Of a stretch of 64,000 nucleotides of DNA, positions 38,505 to 48,672 are shown in pieces. A program made the translations under genes and the position numbers. The stretch is from a candidate division WOR-3 bacterium (lineage in GTDB: Bacteria > Hydrothermota > Tepidihabitantia > Tepidihabitantales > CAIPLT01): positions 198,714 to 262,713 of the forward strand of contig JBDRUV010000001.1 of NCBI GenBank assembly GCA_039801505.1. The letters run 5' to 3'. Below the pieces are notes generated by a model, which made no database searches, had not been told where the DNA came from, and saw only the letters and a program-made list of their open reading frames with translations. Each line of letters starts with the position of its first letter. The first letter of the stretch is position 1.

Positions 38505-39602
38505 TTATCTATAGATCTTAAGCTTTTCTTTTTTTAAAAGCACAGAAAAAACACCACTGGCTAAAGCATGCATTTCTTCTTCGCCAGGCAAGACCAATAC
38601 TTGTTTGTTTAAGCAATTAAGCCATTTTTTTAAATCTGTTATAAATTTAGATTCATACGCCAAACCACCGCTAATGACGATAGCGTCAACTTGACCTTTT
38701 AACGCAATGTACATTGCTCCAATTTCTTTAGCAATCTGGTAGATCATTGCTTCATAAATTAGCGAAGCATATCTATCGCCTTTTTTAATTCGAGATAGTA
38801 CTTCTTTAAGATTATCGGTACCCAAATACGCTAAAAGCCCTCCGAAGTTTTGAATTTTTTTTAGCATTTCCTCTTTTGTATACTTGCCGGAATAACAAAG
38901 ATCAACAACTCCACCTAATGGCAACGAACCAGTTCTTTGAGGTGCAAATGGGCCATCCTCGTTAGCATTGTTAGCATCAATCTGACGGCCGCGTTGCTTA
39001 GCGGCTATCGTAATTCCACTACCCAGATGAGCGACGATAAAATTACATCGGGTTACCGGTTTTTTTAAAATAGCCGCTGCTTTTTTAGATACCGCGTGAA
39101 TATTTAAATAGTGTGAAAGTGATTTACGTGGAATTTCTGGTAGCCCAGAAGGATATGCGATAGGGATAAACTCATCAACTGATTCCGGATCAACAAAATA
39201 CGCAGGAACTTTATATTTGGTGCTTAACTCATAGCTTATAATTGGACCTAGAAGTGACACATGTTGAGACTGTGTTTTACCTTGATAGATATCATCGACC
39301 ACCTTTTGGGTTATTCGATAGATTCCGCGTGCCAGGGGTTTTAATGGCCCCCCTCGAGTCGCAATTGCATCGAAATCCTGATTTTTTATGTTTTCTTCAA
39401 TTATTGTCTTTCGATACGCTAGCTGGTCGAAAATATTTTTGAATCTTTTCAGTATCTCCACTGGATGACGAATTGTGTTTTCCCATATGGTTTTAACTGA
39501 AGAATTAAGCTCAGTTTCAGTTTTATATTTTTTCTTCTCAATGGCATAGAACCCTAACTTTGTTGACGACGAGCCAGGATTAATTACTAACACCTTTAGC
39601 AT
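38505..39602 (-). CDS. buk: Butyrate kinase (ASKHA superfamily acyl kinase)
   Basis: 365 aa with MLKVLVINPGSSSTKLGFY... and an acetate/butyrate kinase fold. It lies directly downstream of iorAB. Confidence 0.75.
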   Translation of the reverse strand: MLKVLVINPGSSSTKLGFYAIEKKKYKTETELNSSVKTIWENTIRHPVEILKRFKNIFDQLAYRKTIIEENIKNQDFDAIATRGGPLKPLARGIYRITQKVVDDIYQGKTQSQHVSLLGPIISYELSTKYKVPAYFVDPESVDEFIPIAYPSGLPEIPRKSLSHYLNIHAVSKKAAAILKKPVTRCNFIVAHLGSGITIAAKQRGRQIDANNANEDGPFAPQRTGSLPLGGVVDLCYSGKYTKEEMLKKIQNFGGLLAYLGTDNLKEVLSRIKKGDRYASLIYEAMIYQIAKEIGAMYIALKGQVDAIVISGGLAYESKFITDLKKWLNCLNKQVLVLPGEEEMHALASGVFSVLLKKEKLKIYR

Positions 39603-40038
39603 ATTATATGACGACTATTAGAAATAAATTTTACTCAAATAAATTAGATTTGTCAATTTATCAGAAAACGATAAATTAAAAAGTAAGATCTAGATATCGT
39701 GATTATTTATAAGGTTTTCTTTTTTATAAAGTGTACCTCAATTTGAAGAAACCACAGTCCTATTTTTGAGTGTTGCAATTTTTACTATGAGATCAAATAT
39801 ATTACTTTTTCTGCTGAAGATATTAAATTGTTCGATTATGTAATCAGATTTTTGTAGCAATGTGGATATTTATTTAGTATAATTGTTTTTATTACTTGTT
39901 GTAAAGTAATTCAATTACAAAGTTAAATCGTTAAAATGTTAAACATTTTGAGTAACGAAAAATATAATCACCGGAATGAAATTTTCTTGTTAAATTGGTT
40001 ACGATAACGTTAAGTTTAGCTTCTTCTAAAGTTTTTTC

Positions 40039-40066
40039 TTGACTTTTCAAGTAAGCACTGTAAAAT
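40039..40066 (+). promoter_or_regulatory. Promoter (-35 TTGACT, 16-nt spacer, -10 TAAAAT). The ATG at 40076 gives a near-leaderless start.
   Basis: Read directly. Confidence 0.5.
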
Positions 40067-40075
40067 ACAATCAAT

Positions 40076-41476
40076 ATGAATCCAGAGATTTTTCGAGAAT
40101 ATGATATCCGAGGGGTTGCCGAAAAAGATTTAACTGACGAAGTTGTAAAATGTATTGGCCAAGCATATGGAACTTATGTCCAGGATAATGGTGTTAAAGA
40201 AATATTAGTTGGACGTGATGTAAGATTGTCTTCAGAGCGAATTCGCAATATCTTAGTTGATGCTTTATTAAGTACTGGTTGTGATGTAACTGATCTTGGA
40301 TTAGTGCCGACACCCATTTTTTACTTCTCCGCTTTCGCTTACGACAAAAATGCCGGCGTAATGATTACTGGTAGTCATAATCCTAAGGAGTTTAATGGTT
40401 TTAAACTGAGTTTAAACAAGTCTACGATTTATGGTGGAGAAATTCAAAAATTAAGGCAAATAATTGAAAAAAGGAGTTTCCGCACCGGAAAAGGTCAGTT
40501 AAGATTTATTAACCCAATTCCCGATTATATTAAATATATTACCGACCGAATTAAAATAAAAAGTGGTCTTAAAGTCGCCTTTGATCCTGGTAACGGTACT
40601 GCTGGGGTAGTAATTGAAGAGCTGTTTTCAAGGTTAAAGGTGGAAGCAGTATTTATGAATCTTACTCCGGACGGAAATTTCCCAGCTCATTTACCAGATC
40701 CAACCATACCCGAGTATATGAAAGATTTATGCGCATTGGTTCGAGAATTAGATTGTGACTTGGGAATAGGGTATGATGGGGATGCTGACCGTATCGGGGC
40801 TGTAGACGAGATGGGGCGAATTGTCTGGGGAGATAAACTGTTGGCGATTTTCGCCCAGGATATTATCAAACGATATCCCAAGGCAAAATTTGTTTGCGAG
40901 GTAAAATGTTCGGATGGTCTTGTAGAATTTATCAATAAGCTGGGCGGGGAATTAATAATGTGGAAGACCGGCCATTCTTTGATTAAGGCCAAAATGAAAG
41001 AAACTGGGGCACTTTTGGCTGGTGAAATGTCGGGTCACATGTTTTTTGCCGACGAATATTTTGGCTACGACGATGCTATATACGCATCGGTTCGATTAAT
41101 AAAAATTATTGCCGAGTCTGAAGAATCTTTAAGTAGCCTTGTGGCAAAAATTCCTTACTATTACTCAACACCGGAAATAAGGGTACCGTGTCCTGATGAG
41201 TTAAAATTTAAAATTGCCGAAGAAATAAAAAAACATTTTACACGCAACCACTTTAAAGTTTTAGATATAGATGGTGCTCGAGTATCCTTTACTGATGGCT
41301 GGGGGTTATTACGTGCTTCTAATACGCAGCCAGTTTTAGTCTTGCGATTTGAAGCAAGGTCAAAAGAACGATTGTCTGAGATTCAACAGATGTTTTACGA
41401 ACAATTAGTAAAATTTCTTAAAATACCTCCGAAGGAATTTTTTGCAGGAATGTTAAAAAACAATTATAATTATTAA
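40076..41476 (+). CDS. Phosphoglucomutase/phosphomannomutase
   Basis: It has the active-site Ser motif (ITGSHNPKEFNGFKL) and a metal-binding motif (GYDGDADR). Confidence 0.85.
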   Translation: MNPEIFREYDIRGVAEKDLTDEVVKCIGQAYGTYVQDNGVKEILVGRDVRLSSERIRNILVDALLSTGCDVTDLGLVPTPIFYFSAFAYDKNAGVMITGSHNPKEFNGFKLSLNKSTIYGGEIQKLRQIIEKRSFRTGKGQLRFINPIPDYIKYITDRIKIKSGLKVAFDPGNGTAGVVIEELFSRLKVEAVFMNLTPDGNFPAHLPDPTIPEYMKDLCALVRELDCDLGIGYDGDADRIGAVDEMGRIVWGDKLLAIFAQDIIKRYPKAKFVCEVKCSDGLVEFINKLGGELIMWKTGHSLIKAKMKETGALLAGEMSGHMFFADEYFGYDDAIYASVRLIKIIAESEESLSSLVAKIPYYYSTPEIRVPCPDELKFKIAEEIKKHFTRNHFKVLDIDGARVSFTDGWGLLRASNTQPVLVLRFEARSKERLSEIQQMFYEQLVKFLKIPPKEFFAGMLKNNYNY

Positions 41477-41479
41477 TCT

Positions 41480-42214
41480 GTGAGTGAAATTGCCTTTCTT
41501 AAACGAAATTTAATTTTTCTAAACCGCGTTATCGCTCGACATGATTTGGTAAGAGACGGGGAAAAAATATTGATTGCGGTTTCCGGTGGAATCGACAGCT
41601 TAGTTTTATTGGATATATTCTTACAATATTCAAATAGATATCAAAAGAATTTACAATTACTTGCATATCACATTAACCCAGGATTTCCGGGATGGCGCAC
41701 GGAGACCCTGGAAGAATTTTTTAAAAAGCGATCAGTTAACTATTTTATAGAGGATGTGAATATCTGGGAAAAGCTTAAATCTCTTAAAAAAAGCATTTGC
41801 TATTTTTGCTCTCGTGAACGCCGTAAAAAATTTTTCGAAGTTGCCCAAAAACACGGTATTACCAAAATTGCTTTTGCCCATCATATGGACGACGTGAACG
41901 AAACTTATATCCTTAATTTAATGTACTCGGCTAATGCCAGTACTTTTGTAATCAAACAGGGATTTTTCCCAGATAAAACCGGCGTGTCTTGGTTTTACGT
42001 GATACGGCCATTATATTATTACGATAAGGAATTTATAAAAAAATATGCCAGATATTACCGTATTAAACCCATAAAAAACGTATGTCCCTACGAAAAAGCT
42101 AACGAACGAATGTTTATCCGGCGTTTTTTGCAAAGAATGTATCAGAGGGATCCCCAGATTAGATCAAACATATTCCGGGGTATAAGGAACATTAAACTTA
42201 ATTATTTACCATAG
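41480..42214 (+). CDS. PP-loop ATPase, tRNA 2-thiocytidine synthetase TtcA family
   Basis: It has a PP-loop (IAVSGGIDSLVLL) and CxxC pairs (CYFCSRERR, ...CPY...). It uses a GTG start. Confidence 0.6.
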   Translation: MSEIAFLKRNLIFLNRVIARHDLVRDGEKILIAVSGGIDSLVLLDIFLQYSNRYQKNLQLLAYHINPGFPGWRTETLEEFFKKRSVNYFIEDVNIWEKLKSLKKSICYFCSRERRKKFFEVAQKHGITKIAFAHHMDDVNETYILNLMYSANASTFVIKQGFFPDKTGVSWFYVIRPLYYYDKEFIKKYARYYRIKPIKNVCPYEKANERMFIRRFLQRMYQRDPQIRSNIFRGIRNIKLNYLP

Positions 42215-42238
42215 ACTACAGAAAGAGGTACCAGAAAA

Positions 42239-42673
42239 ATGAAGGAAAATTATCGTTTGCGTGTAATGTTAATAATGATTTTTGCCTTACTTGTAGTGAC
42301 TTTAGGGCTTATAGCGATCATTATTGCAATGTCGATTACTGTGTCACAATTACGTAATAGCATCAAAGAGAAAGAAGCTACAATTTATACTTTACAAAAC
42401 AGAATCGACAGTTTATCACCACGTTATTCGGAAAAGCAAAGAAGAATAATCGCTAAACTTATAGGTAATCCCGAGATTAAGGTTCTCATTAGACAAAAAC
42501 CATCCTTAGGTGGAACGTGGGGAATTTGGTCCGAGAAAAACGTCACATTTATTAGTGAAGACAAGTTATTTGTGATTTTCGATGATGGGCACCTCATGGG
42601 AGGGATGATTGTTAAGGCGGTTGATCCTGATAATATTAAAACCTGGAAAGTTCTTTGGCAGGCGCTTTTTTAA
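42239..42673 (+). CDS. Hypothetical membrane-anchored protein
   Basis: 144 aa with an N-terminal TM helix, a coiled-coil segment and a small C-terminal domain. An AGAGG SD is present. Confidence 0.4.
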   Translation: MKENYRLRVMLIMIFALLVVTLGLIAIIIAMSITVSQLRNSIKEKEATIYTLQNRIDSLSPRYSEKQRRIIAKLIGNPEIKVLIRQKPSLGGTWGIWSEKNVTFISEDKLFVIFDDGHLMGGMIVKAVDPDNIKTWKVLWQALF

Positions 42674-42675
42674 AG

Positions 42676-43947
42676 TTACTTCCCAAGAGCTTGATTTAAC
42701 TTCTTCTTTAATTTAATCAAGCTGGGCTTAAAACCACGAATAACAAACGTTATTTTGCCATCATTAACTAGTTCTTTTTTAATTTCACCAGCTCCATATA
42801 TAAACTTAAGCAAGTCACCGCGTTCTAATGGAATAGTAATTCTGTTGGTTGTAAGCATGGGAGTTAAACATTCAAGAATTGCTGATTTCAATTTTGGAAT
42901 TCCCTCGCCTGTAAGTGCTGACACTAAAACTGAATCAGGATATGCGCGTTTAAGTCGGTGTAGTCGAGAAATTTCAAACACGCAATCTATTTTGTTAAAT
43001 ACTTTTAGTATTGGCTTATTCTCGCATCCGATTTCTTTTAATGTATCTTCGACAATTTTAATTTTGTTTTCAACGTCTAACACCGAGGAATCTACAATAT
43101 GAAGTATTAAATCCGCATCTTTTATTTCGCCTAACGTAGCCCTAAAACTGGCAATCAATTCGTGTGGCAGATTTTTTATAAAACCAACAGTGTCGGTTAC
43201 TAACACTACGAGATTCTTGCCCAAAACTAATGGCTTAGTTTTAGGATCTAAGGTTGCAAAAAGTTCTGGTGATACTTTTACGCGAGATCCGGTGAGTTGG
43301 TTCAGTAAAGTAGATTTTCCAGCATTAGTATAACCAACAAGTGCAATTTTAATATATGCCCTGCGTTTTTTCTTTTGAACTTCACGCTCACGGTCAATTT
43401 TTTCTAATACTCGACTTAAAAATGCGATCCGTTCGCGAATTCTTCGTCTGTCAACCTCTAATTTCTTTTCACCAGGACCTCGGGTACCAATCCCTCCGCC
43501 TAATCTGGAAAGTTCTGTTCCAAAGCCTAAAAGAGTTGTACGTCGATACTGAAGTTGAGCCAGTTCTACCTGAGTTTTGGCCTCAGCAGTTTGGGCATGT
43601 TTAGCAAAAATATCAAGAATTAAAGCATGTCGATCGATTACTCGCACTCCAATTGTTTCCTGAAGATTTCGAATTTGGGTGCCGGACAATTGTTGATCAA
43701 AAATTAAAAGGTCAATGTTGTATTTTTGGCAAATTTCTTTCAACTCCAAGACTTTCCCTTTTCCCAAAAGAGTTGCCGGTTCTGGTTCTGCTTTTATTTG
43801 TAATATTTTTTCTACTACCTCTCCACCAGCGGTTTTTGTTAGCGCCGCAAGTTCTTCTAATGAATCAGCTACCTGCCAGCGTTCTTTGCTACTTCGAGCC
43901 AGACCAACTAGCAAGACACGTTCTTTGTTATTTTTGTTTAAGAACAT
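42676..43947 (-). CDS. hflX: GTPase HflX
   Basis: It has the HflX N-domain followed by a GTPase domain (G1 GYTNAGKST, G3 DTVGF, G4 NKID). Confidence 0.88.
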   Translation of the reverse strand: MFLNKNNKERVLLVGLARSSKERWQVADSLEELAALTKTAGGEVVEKILQIKAEPEPATLLGKGKVLELKEICQKYNIDLLIFDQQLSGTQIRNLQETIGVRVIDRHALILDIFAKHAQTAEAKTQVELAQLQYRRTTLLGFGTELSRLGGGIGTRGPGEKKLEVDRRRIRERIAFLSRVLEKIDREREVQKKKRRAYIKIALVGYTNAGKSTLLNQLTGSRVKVSPELFATLDPKTKPLVLGKNLVVLVTDTVGFIKNLPHELIASFRATLGEIKDADLILHIVDSSVLDVENKIKIVEDTLKEIGCENKPILKVFNKIDCVFEISRLHRLKRAYPDSVLVSALTGEGIPKLKSAILECLTPMLTTNRITIPLERGDLLKFIYGAGEIKKELVNDGKITFVIRGFKPSLIKLKKKLNQALGK

Positions 43948-44509
43948 ATATAATTCTCTGAAAGATTGTATAAAGACTCCCCAAAAAGATTAACCCCAAA
44001 ACGTAAAGTAATCCTCTATAGCCTAAAATTAGAATTCCTAAAATAAGGAAGGCAAAACGAATTGGGCGCTCCATAATTCCAATTTTACATTCCTGACCGC
44101 TTCCTTCAGCGCGAGCGCGGATATAGCTTACCATTAACGAAGAACACAATGTTCCGAATACTGTATATATACCTAAAACACTAATAAAATTAGACAAATA
44201 ATAATAAAGAAAACCCGTATAGATAAAGATTTCACTAAAACGATCAACAACAGAATCTAAGAATGCTCCTTTAGGATTAATTTTTAGACTCTTGCGGGCA
44301 ACTTCACCATCGATCGTATCCAATAACGCAACTAAAAACAAAAATAGCAAACCAAGCCAACGGTTTCCTTGTGCAAAAAATGCCCCAGTGATTATGCTAA
44401 TTGGAATTCCCAAAAGAGTTAAAACATTTGGAGAAATTTTTGCCCTAACAAAAAGTAATGTCAATGGTTCGATAATTTTTCGTCCTTTATTTTTATAATC
44501 TTCACGCAT
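43928..44509 (-). CDS. CDP-alcohol phosphatidyltransferase (PgsA-like)
   Basis: It has the CDP-OH phosphatidyltransferase motif (DTIDGEVARK...G...D) and multiple TM helices. Confidence 0.7.
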   Translation of the reverse strand: MREDYKNKGRKIIEPLTLLFVRAKISPNVLTLLGIPISIITGAFFAQGNRWLGLLFLFLVALLDTIDGEVARKSLKINPKGAFLDSVVDRFSEIFIYTGFLYYYLSNFISVLGIYTVFGTLCSSLMVSYIRARAEGSGQECKIGIMERPIRFAFLILGILILGYRGLLYVLGLIFLGSLYTIFQRIIYVLKQK

Positions 44510-45231
44510 TATTTTGACGACTCATCTTGAAGATTTTCTTCTTTCCCAGAAACTACTAATACAACTTCGCCACGTATGGGTTGTGTTTCTAATTCTTTTA
44601 TAATTTCTGAGATATATCCCCTAAGAACCGTTTCAAACTTTTTGGTAAGTTCCCGAGCTAAGACAATTTTTCGATCGCCGAAGATTTCCAGCATATCTTT
44701 CAATGTATCGAGAACTCGATAGGGGGAATCATAAAATACCATGGTTCGGCTTTCGTCTTGAAGGCTTTTAAGCTTTTTAAGTTTTCGGCCTCGGCGTTTA
44801 GAAAGAAATCCTTCAAATGTAAATCGATCTGAAGGAAGTCCTGAAATTACCAGTGCCGTAATAATCGCAGACGGTCCTGGAATCGGTATTACGGGAAGAT
44901 TCTCATTTATTGCCGCTCTTATTAAATAATAACCCGGATCAGAAATACCAGGAGTGCCCGCGTCTGAGACCAACGCAACATTCTTTTTATTTTTTAATAA
45001 TTCAATGATTTTTTTGGTTTGGGTGAGTTTATTATACTCGTGATAACTTATAAGTTTATTTTTAATTCCGTAATGAGCTAGAAGGATTCCAGTGTGGCGT
45101 GTATCTTCACAGGCAATCACATCAACACTGTTAAGCACCTCTAATGCCCTTAATGTTATATCTTTTAGATTGCCGATCGGCGTGGAGACGATATAAAGTC
45201 CCCAAGGTAACTTGTTTTTACTGTGTAAAAT
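44509..45231 (-). CDS. rsmI: 16S rRNA (cytidine1402-2'-O)-methyltransferase RsmI. Conserved N-terminal sequence lies upstream of the track start with no canonical start codon (see findings).
   Basis: The track ORF (GTG at 45138) begins VDVIACEDTRHTG. The same frame upstream encodes LYIVSTPIGNLKDITLRALEVL, which is the conserved RsmI N-terminus. The open frame reaches a TAA at 45256-45258. Confidence 0.6.
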   Translation of the reverse strand: MLHSKNKLPWGLYIVSTPIGNLKDITLRALEVLNSVDVIACEDTRHTGILLAHYGIKNKLISYHEYNKLTQTKKIIELLKNKKNVALVSDAGTPGISDPGYYLIRAAINENLPVIPIPGPSAIITALVISGLPSDRFTFEGFLSKRRGRKLKKLKSLQDESRTMVFYDSPYRVLDTLKDMLEIFGDRKIVLARELTKKFETVLRGYISEIIKELETQPIRGEVVLVVSGKEENLQDESSK

Positions 45232-45235
45232 TTGT

Positions 45236-46111
45236 TTATCTGGCGGCGTATTCGGTTAGAATATAATTTAAAGGGTTTACCCACTTGCCATTTACTTTTA
45301 TTGCGTAATGCAAATGAGGTCCAGTCGCAGCCCCGCTACTCCCGACCCAGCCGATAATGTCGCCTCGTTTAACCTTTTGTCCGACTTGAGCTTTTATTGA
45401 TTGAAGATGCGCATAACAAGTAATATAACCATAGCCATGGTCAATTTCGATATATCTACCATAGCCTGCTTTATAGCCCGTAAATCGTACGGTACCATCG
45501 GCTGTAGCATAAATCGGTTGACCAGGTGGTGCGACAATATCAATACCTTCATGAAACTCGGACCGACCCGTAAAAGGTGAACGTCGATATCCGAAACCGC
45601 TGGAAAGAAATCCCGAAGTTGGCCAGATTGATGGGGTATGTGCGAGCATTTTACTTTTTTCTTCTAAAAACTTACTAAGATAATTGAAACTTTCTTCCTG
45701 AAAGCGAGCTCGCAGTAACAAATGGTCGACCTCAGCGACTAAATTTTCTTCTTTAATACCACCATAACCCAGTTGTCTTAAATCTTTGGGGATAAGTTCT
45801 AAATTTGATGCCAAGCGAATCTTCATATCTAACTCTGATAGTTCCTTAAGTTTCTCGTCTAGGATTTTAAGTTTATCCTTTACAGACATCAGCTCGGCTT
45901 TAAGCTGTTGGTTCTCTTTTTGTACAATCGATAATCGGGCCCGCGCAGAAATATTTTGAATGCCCAAAACCGTTATTACTAAAGCTGAGATGAAAAATAA
46001 CCCTATAAGCACTAAAACCGAATATGCGGTTGATTTCTTAATTGTAAAATTAAAGAACTTTCGCAGCTGTTTTTCGAATAAAATAATATTCCAATGGCTC
46101 ATGGTAAACAA
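45236..46111 (-). CDS. M23 family metallopeptidase (EnvC/NlpD-like) with an N-terminal TM and coiled coil
   Basis: It has a LytM domain (HEGIDI...GTGPHLHYAI). Confidence 0.75.
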   Translation of the reverse strand: MFTMSHWNIILFEKQLRKFFNFTIKKSTAYSVLVLIGLFFISALVITVLGIQNISARARLSIVQKENQQLKAELMSVKDKLKILDEKLKELSELDMKIRLASNLELIPKDLRQLGYGGIKEENLVAEVDHLLLRARFQEESFNYLSKFLEEKSKMLAHTPSIWPTSGFLSSGFGYRRSPFTGRSEFHEGIDIVAPPGQPIYATADGTVRFTGYKAGYGRYIEIDHGYGYITCYAHLQSIKAQVGQKVKRGDIIGWVGSSGAATGPHLHYAIKVNGKWVNPLNYILTEYAAR

Positions 46112-46196
46112 TTTTATATAAAACTTAGCATCTTGTCAAGCATATTTTTAAATTAAGCTTGAGATATATTCCAAGCAGTTAACCAGGATTCCTATA

Positions 46197-47359
46197 CTAT
46201 AGCCACCGGATCTTTGAATGAATTAGCCGGCGACCCTTCCAGGTAGTCTTGCGAGTAAGTGTGAAGACTATCGAACGTAATCCAATAAATATTGCGATCC
46301 CATTCGTCAATGGATATAAGAGAAATTGATACCACGGGTATTTAAATTTTATAGCTAAAATTAACCACAAAAACCAACACGCTAAAACAGAAATTACCGA
46401 ATAGAGAAAGGTAGAATTATAATTCATGTTGATTAAACCTATACCGATTCGAATCAGCGGTAGAAAAGTTATCATTGCTATCCAAAACCAGACAAAAAGG
46501 GCAATTAAGATCCTATAACCAAAAAGGGCAAAATAATTTTTAGTAAATCCCTCCAATGCTTCTTGAAAACTGTGATACATTCGAGTGCTTACTGAATTGG
46601 TGCCGTCGAAAATCCGCCATCGATAACCACATGCCTTAACTAATTTCGCCAAGGCGACGTCTTCAATAGCGTTATCTTTAACTTGCTCATATCCGCCAAT
46701 GTTTTTGTAACAAGTCCTTGTCAAAAGCAAGAATTTACCATTAGCTGCGGCTAAGGCTCGATTTTTTTTCCAAAGATATGCGACAATCAAGGGCAGAAAG
46801 GTTAAAATACTCCAGGTACCAAATATGGCACGGTTACTTTTTCTCCTAAGCTCTTAACTTCGTTCTTATTAATTATTGTCAATAAATCAGCCTTTGTTTT
46901 AACTAAAGCGCTTACGGCATAACTTAAAGTATCCTTGTGATGTTTGGTGTCCGCATCCGTAAACAATAACAAGTCCCCATTAGCTTGCTTAGCCAATTGA
47001 TGCGATGCCCAGGCTTTTCCGTTCCAACCCCAGGGTAAGTCTTCTCCCTTGAAAACTCGTAATTTATCAGATTTAATGCTGGATATAATTTCTAGGCTTT
47101 TGTCTTGTGAGTTATCGTCCAACACCAACACTTCAAAATTTTCGTAGCTTTGCTGAAGAATTGAATTAAGACATTCTTTGATTGTTAATTCTTCATTACG
47201 AACTGGGATTAATACCGAAACTTTTAAGGTGGTTAGACCTTTTGGGAACTTTTCTAATTTTTTTAGTAAGAACACATTACCAAGAGCGATTAAGACTTGA
47301 ACCAAAATAAAAATCATTATGCGCAGAGCATCCAGTGATATTAGACAGGTTATTTTCAT
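46197..47359 (-). pseudogene. Family-2 glycosyltransferase split into two ORFs by a frameshift (46802..47359 is the N-terminal catalytic half; 46197..46790 is the C-terminal half)
   Basis: The upstream ORF carries the GT2 motifs (VLIPVRNEE, LVLDDNSQD, FTDADT). The downstream ORF continues the fold (...GYRWRI...) and the TM helices. The downstream frame stays open upstream to 46853, overlapping the other frame. Confidence 0.5.
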
Positions 47360-47898
47360 CGCAAACTACTTTTTAGCACTGAGCGGTGTTTATAAACAAT
47401 AATTAAAAAATTTAGAGTAAAAATGATTACTAATATCCAGTCAAACTTAAAGGCGAAATACCCAGAGCTAACCAGCATTCCGAATACAATATTATAGCCA
47501 TCATTTTTAATTCCTAGGACAAATTTTAGAAATAATAACCCAAGCCCTAATACTATAGGCATCTGCCACAAAGTTAGACCAGCCCAGATCCCAAAAGTTA
47601 CTGCGATTGCCTTCCCGCCACCAAACTGCATGAAAATTGAGAAGGCATGTCCTAAAACAACCGCAAGCGCTATGGGTATTGCTCGAAAGTCCCGGATTCC
47701 GTAGACCTGATAAATAATATAAACCGGTAGAAAACCCTTACCAAAATCAAGTAGCGCGGCTAAAATTTCTAAGGGCCAGCCACAAGCTTTAAAAACATTA
47801 GCCGCCCCAGGATTACCGTCGCCTATGTTCCGGATATTAATTCCTTTTATTTTACCCAAATAAAAAGAAAACATTAATGAGCCTACTAGATAAGACAA
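47356..47898 (-). CDS. plsY: Glycerol-3-phosphate acyltransferase PlsY
   Basis: 180 aa and polytopic, with ...NIGDGNPGAANVFKACG.... Confidence 0.75.
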   Translation of the reverse strand: MSYLVGSLMFSFYLGKIKGINIRNIGDGNPGAANVFKACGWPLEILAALLDFGKGFLPVYIIYQVYGIRDFRAIPIALAVVLGHAFSIFMQFGGGKAIAVTFGIWAGLTLWQMPIVLGLGLLFLKFVLGIKNDGYNIVFGMLVSSGYFAFKFDWILVIIFTLNFLIIVYKHRSVLKSSLR

Positions 47899-47943
47899 AA
47901 AAGTTAAAACAATGATGTTCAGTTTAGGCCTCCATGAATTTGA

Positions 47944-48672
47944 TTACTCAAAAAAACTGTCTAACAATCCATTATTAAATGTATATCCATAATACTCTTC
48001 GTGCATGGTAATGTGCTTATGGACCAAACTCACTAACACCTTGACATCTAGTTCCATTTTTAGAAGAAACTTTTGGGGCATCCAGTAATTACCAAACCAG
48101 CCGTAATCTAAGGTAATTTTAAAATCTTTAATAACAAATGGTAATCCGGTTGGGACAAACGAAAGGGCAATGATTGAAGAATCTTTTTTCGAGATCTTGG
48201 CTTGACCTTGAATATAACCCCGCCCCTTGCGTTTCGGATTAAACCCGATAACCCAAACTGATAAACCATTATAAGTTTCATCGCCGAGCAGGTAAAAATT
48301 GTATTGGTTGCGAAATTCTTTCTCAAACGGCAAATAACTCCTATCCTCGCCACGGCTTGATCTTAGTCGCCTAGCGATTTCCTGCTTACTTAACAGTTTA
48401 TTATTTTCGGTCATTTCTAAATATTCACTTTTAAGCCGATGAAAACCTTTAGAATAGATTTTGCGTTTTGCGGTGATTATTTTTAGGGTCTCGCCTTTAT
48501 CATCGGTCTCTAGGTAATAAAAATCACCATAACAAATAGCATCTTGAAGCTCGCGAGCAATCCGGTCATACTTAGTAAATACGCCATTGAGAATTGAGTT
48601 TAAATCAACCTGACCGTAAACCGGGCTTATCGTAAACAATCCAGTTAGTCCTATCCAGATCCATTTCGGCAT
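47944..48672 (-). CDS. Hypothetical secreted protein (LolA-like/lipoprotein-sorting fold suspected)
   Basis: The start is set at the internal Met (MPKWIWIGLTGLFTISPVYGQ, a signal peptide). It has beta-rich composition. Confidence 0.4.
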   Translation of the reverse strand: MPKWIWIGLTGLFTISPVYGQVDLNSILNGVFTKYDRIARELQDAICYGDFYYLETDDKGETLKIITAKRKIYSKGFHRLKSEYLEMTENNKLLSKQEIARRLRSSRGEDRSYLPFEKEFRNQYNFYLLGDETYNGLSVWVIGFNPKRKGRGYIQGQAKISKKDSSIIALSFVPTGLPFVIKDFKITLDYGWFGNYWMPQKFLLKMELDVKVLVSLVHKHITMHEEYYGYTFNNGLLDSFFE

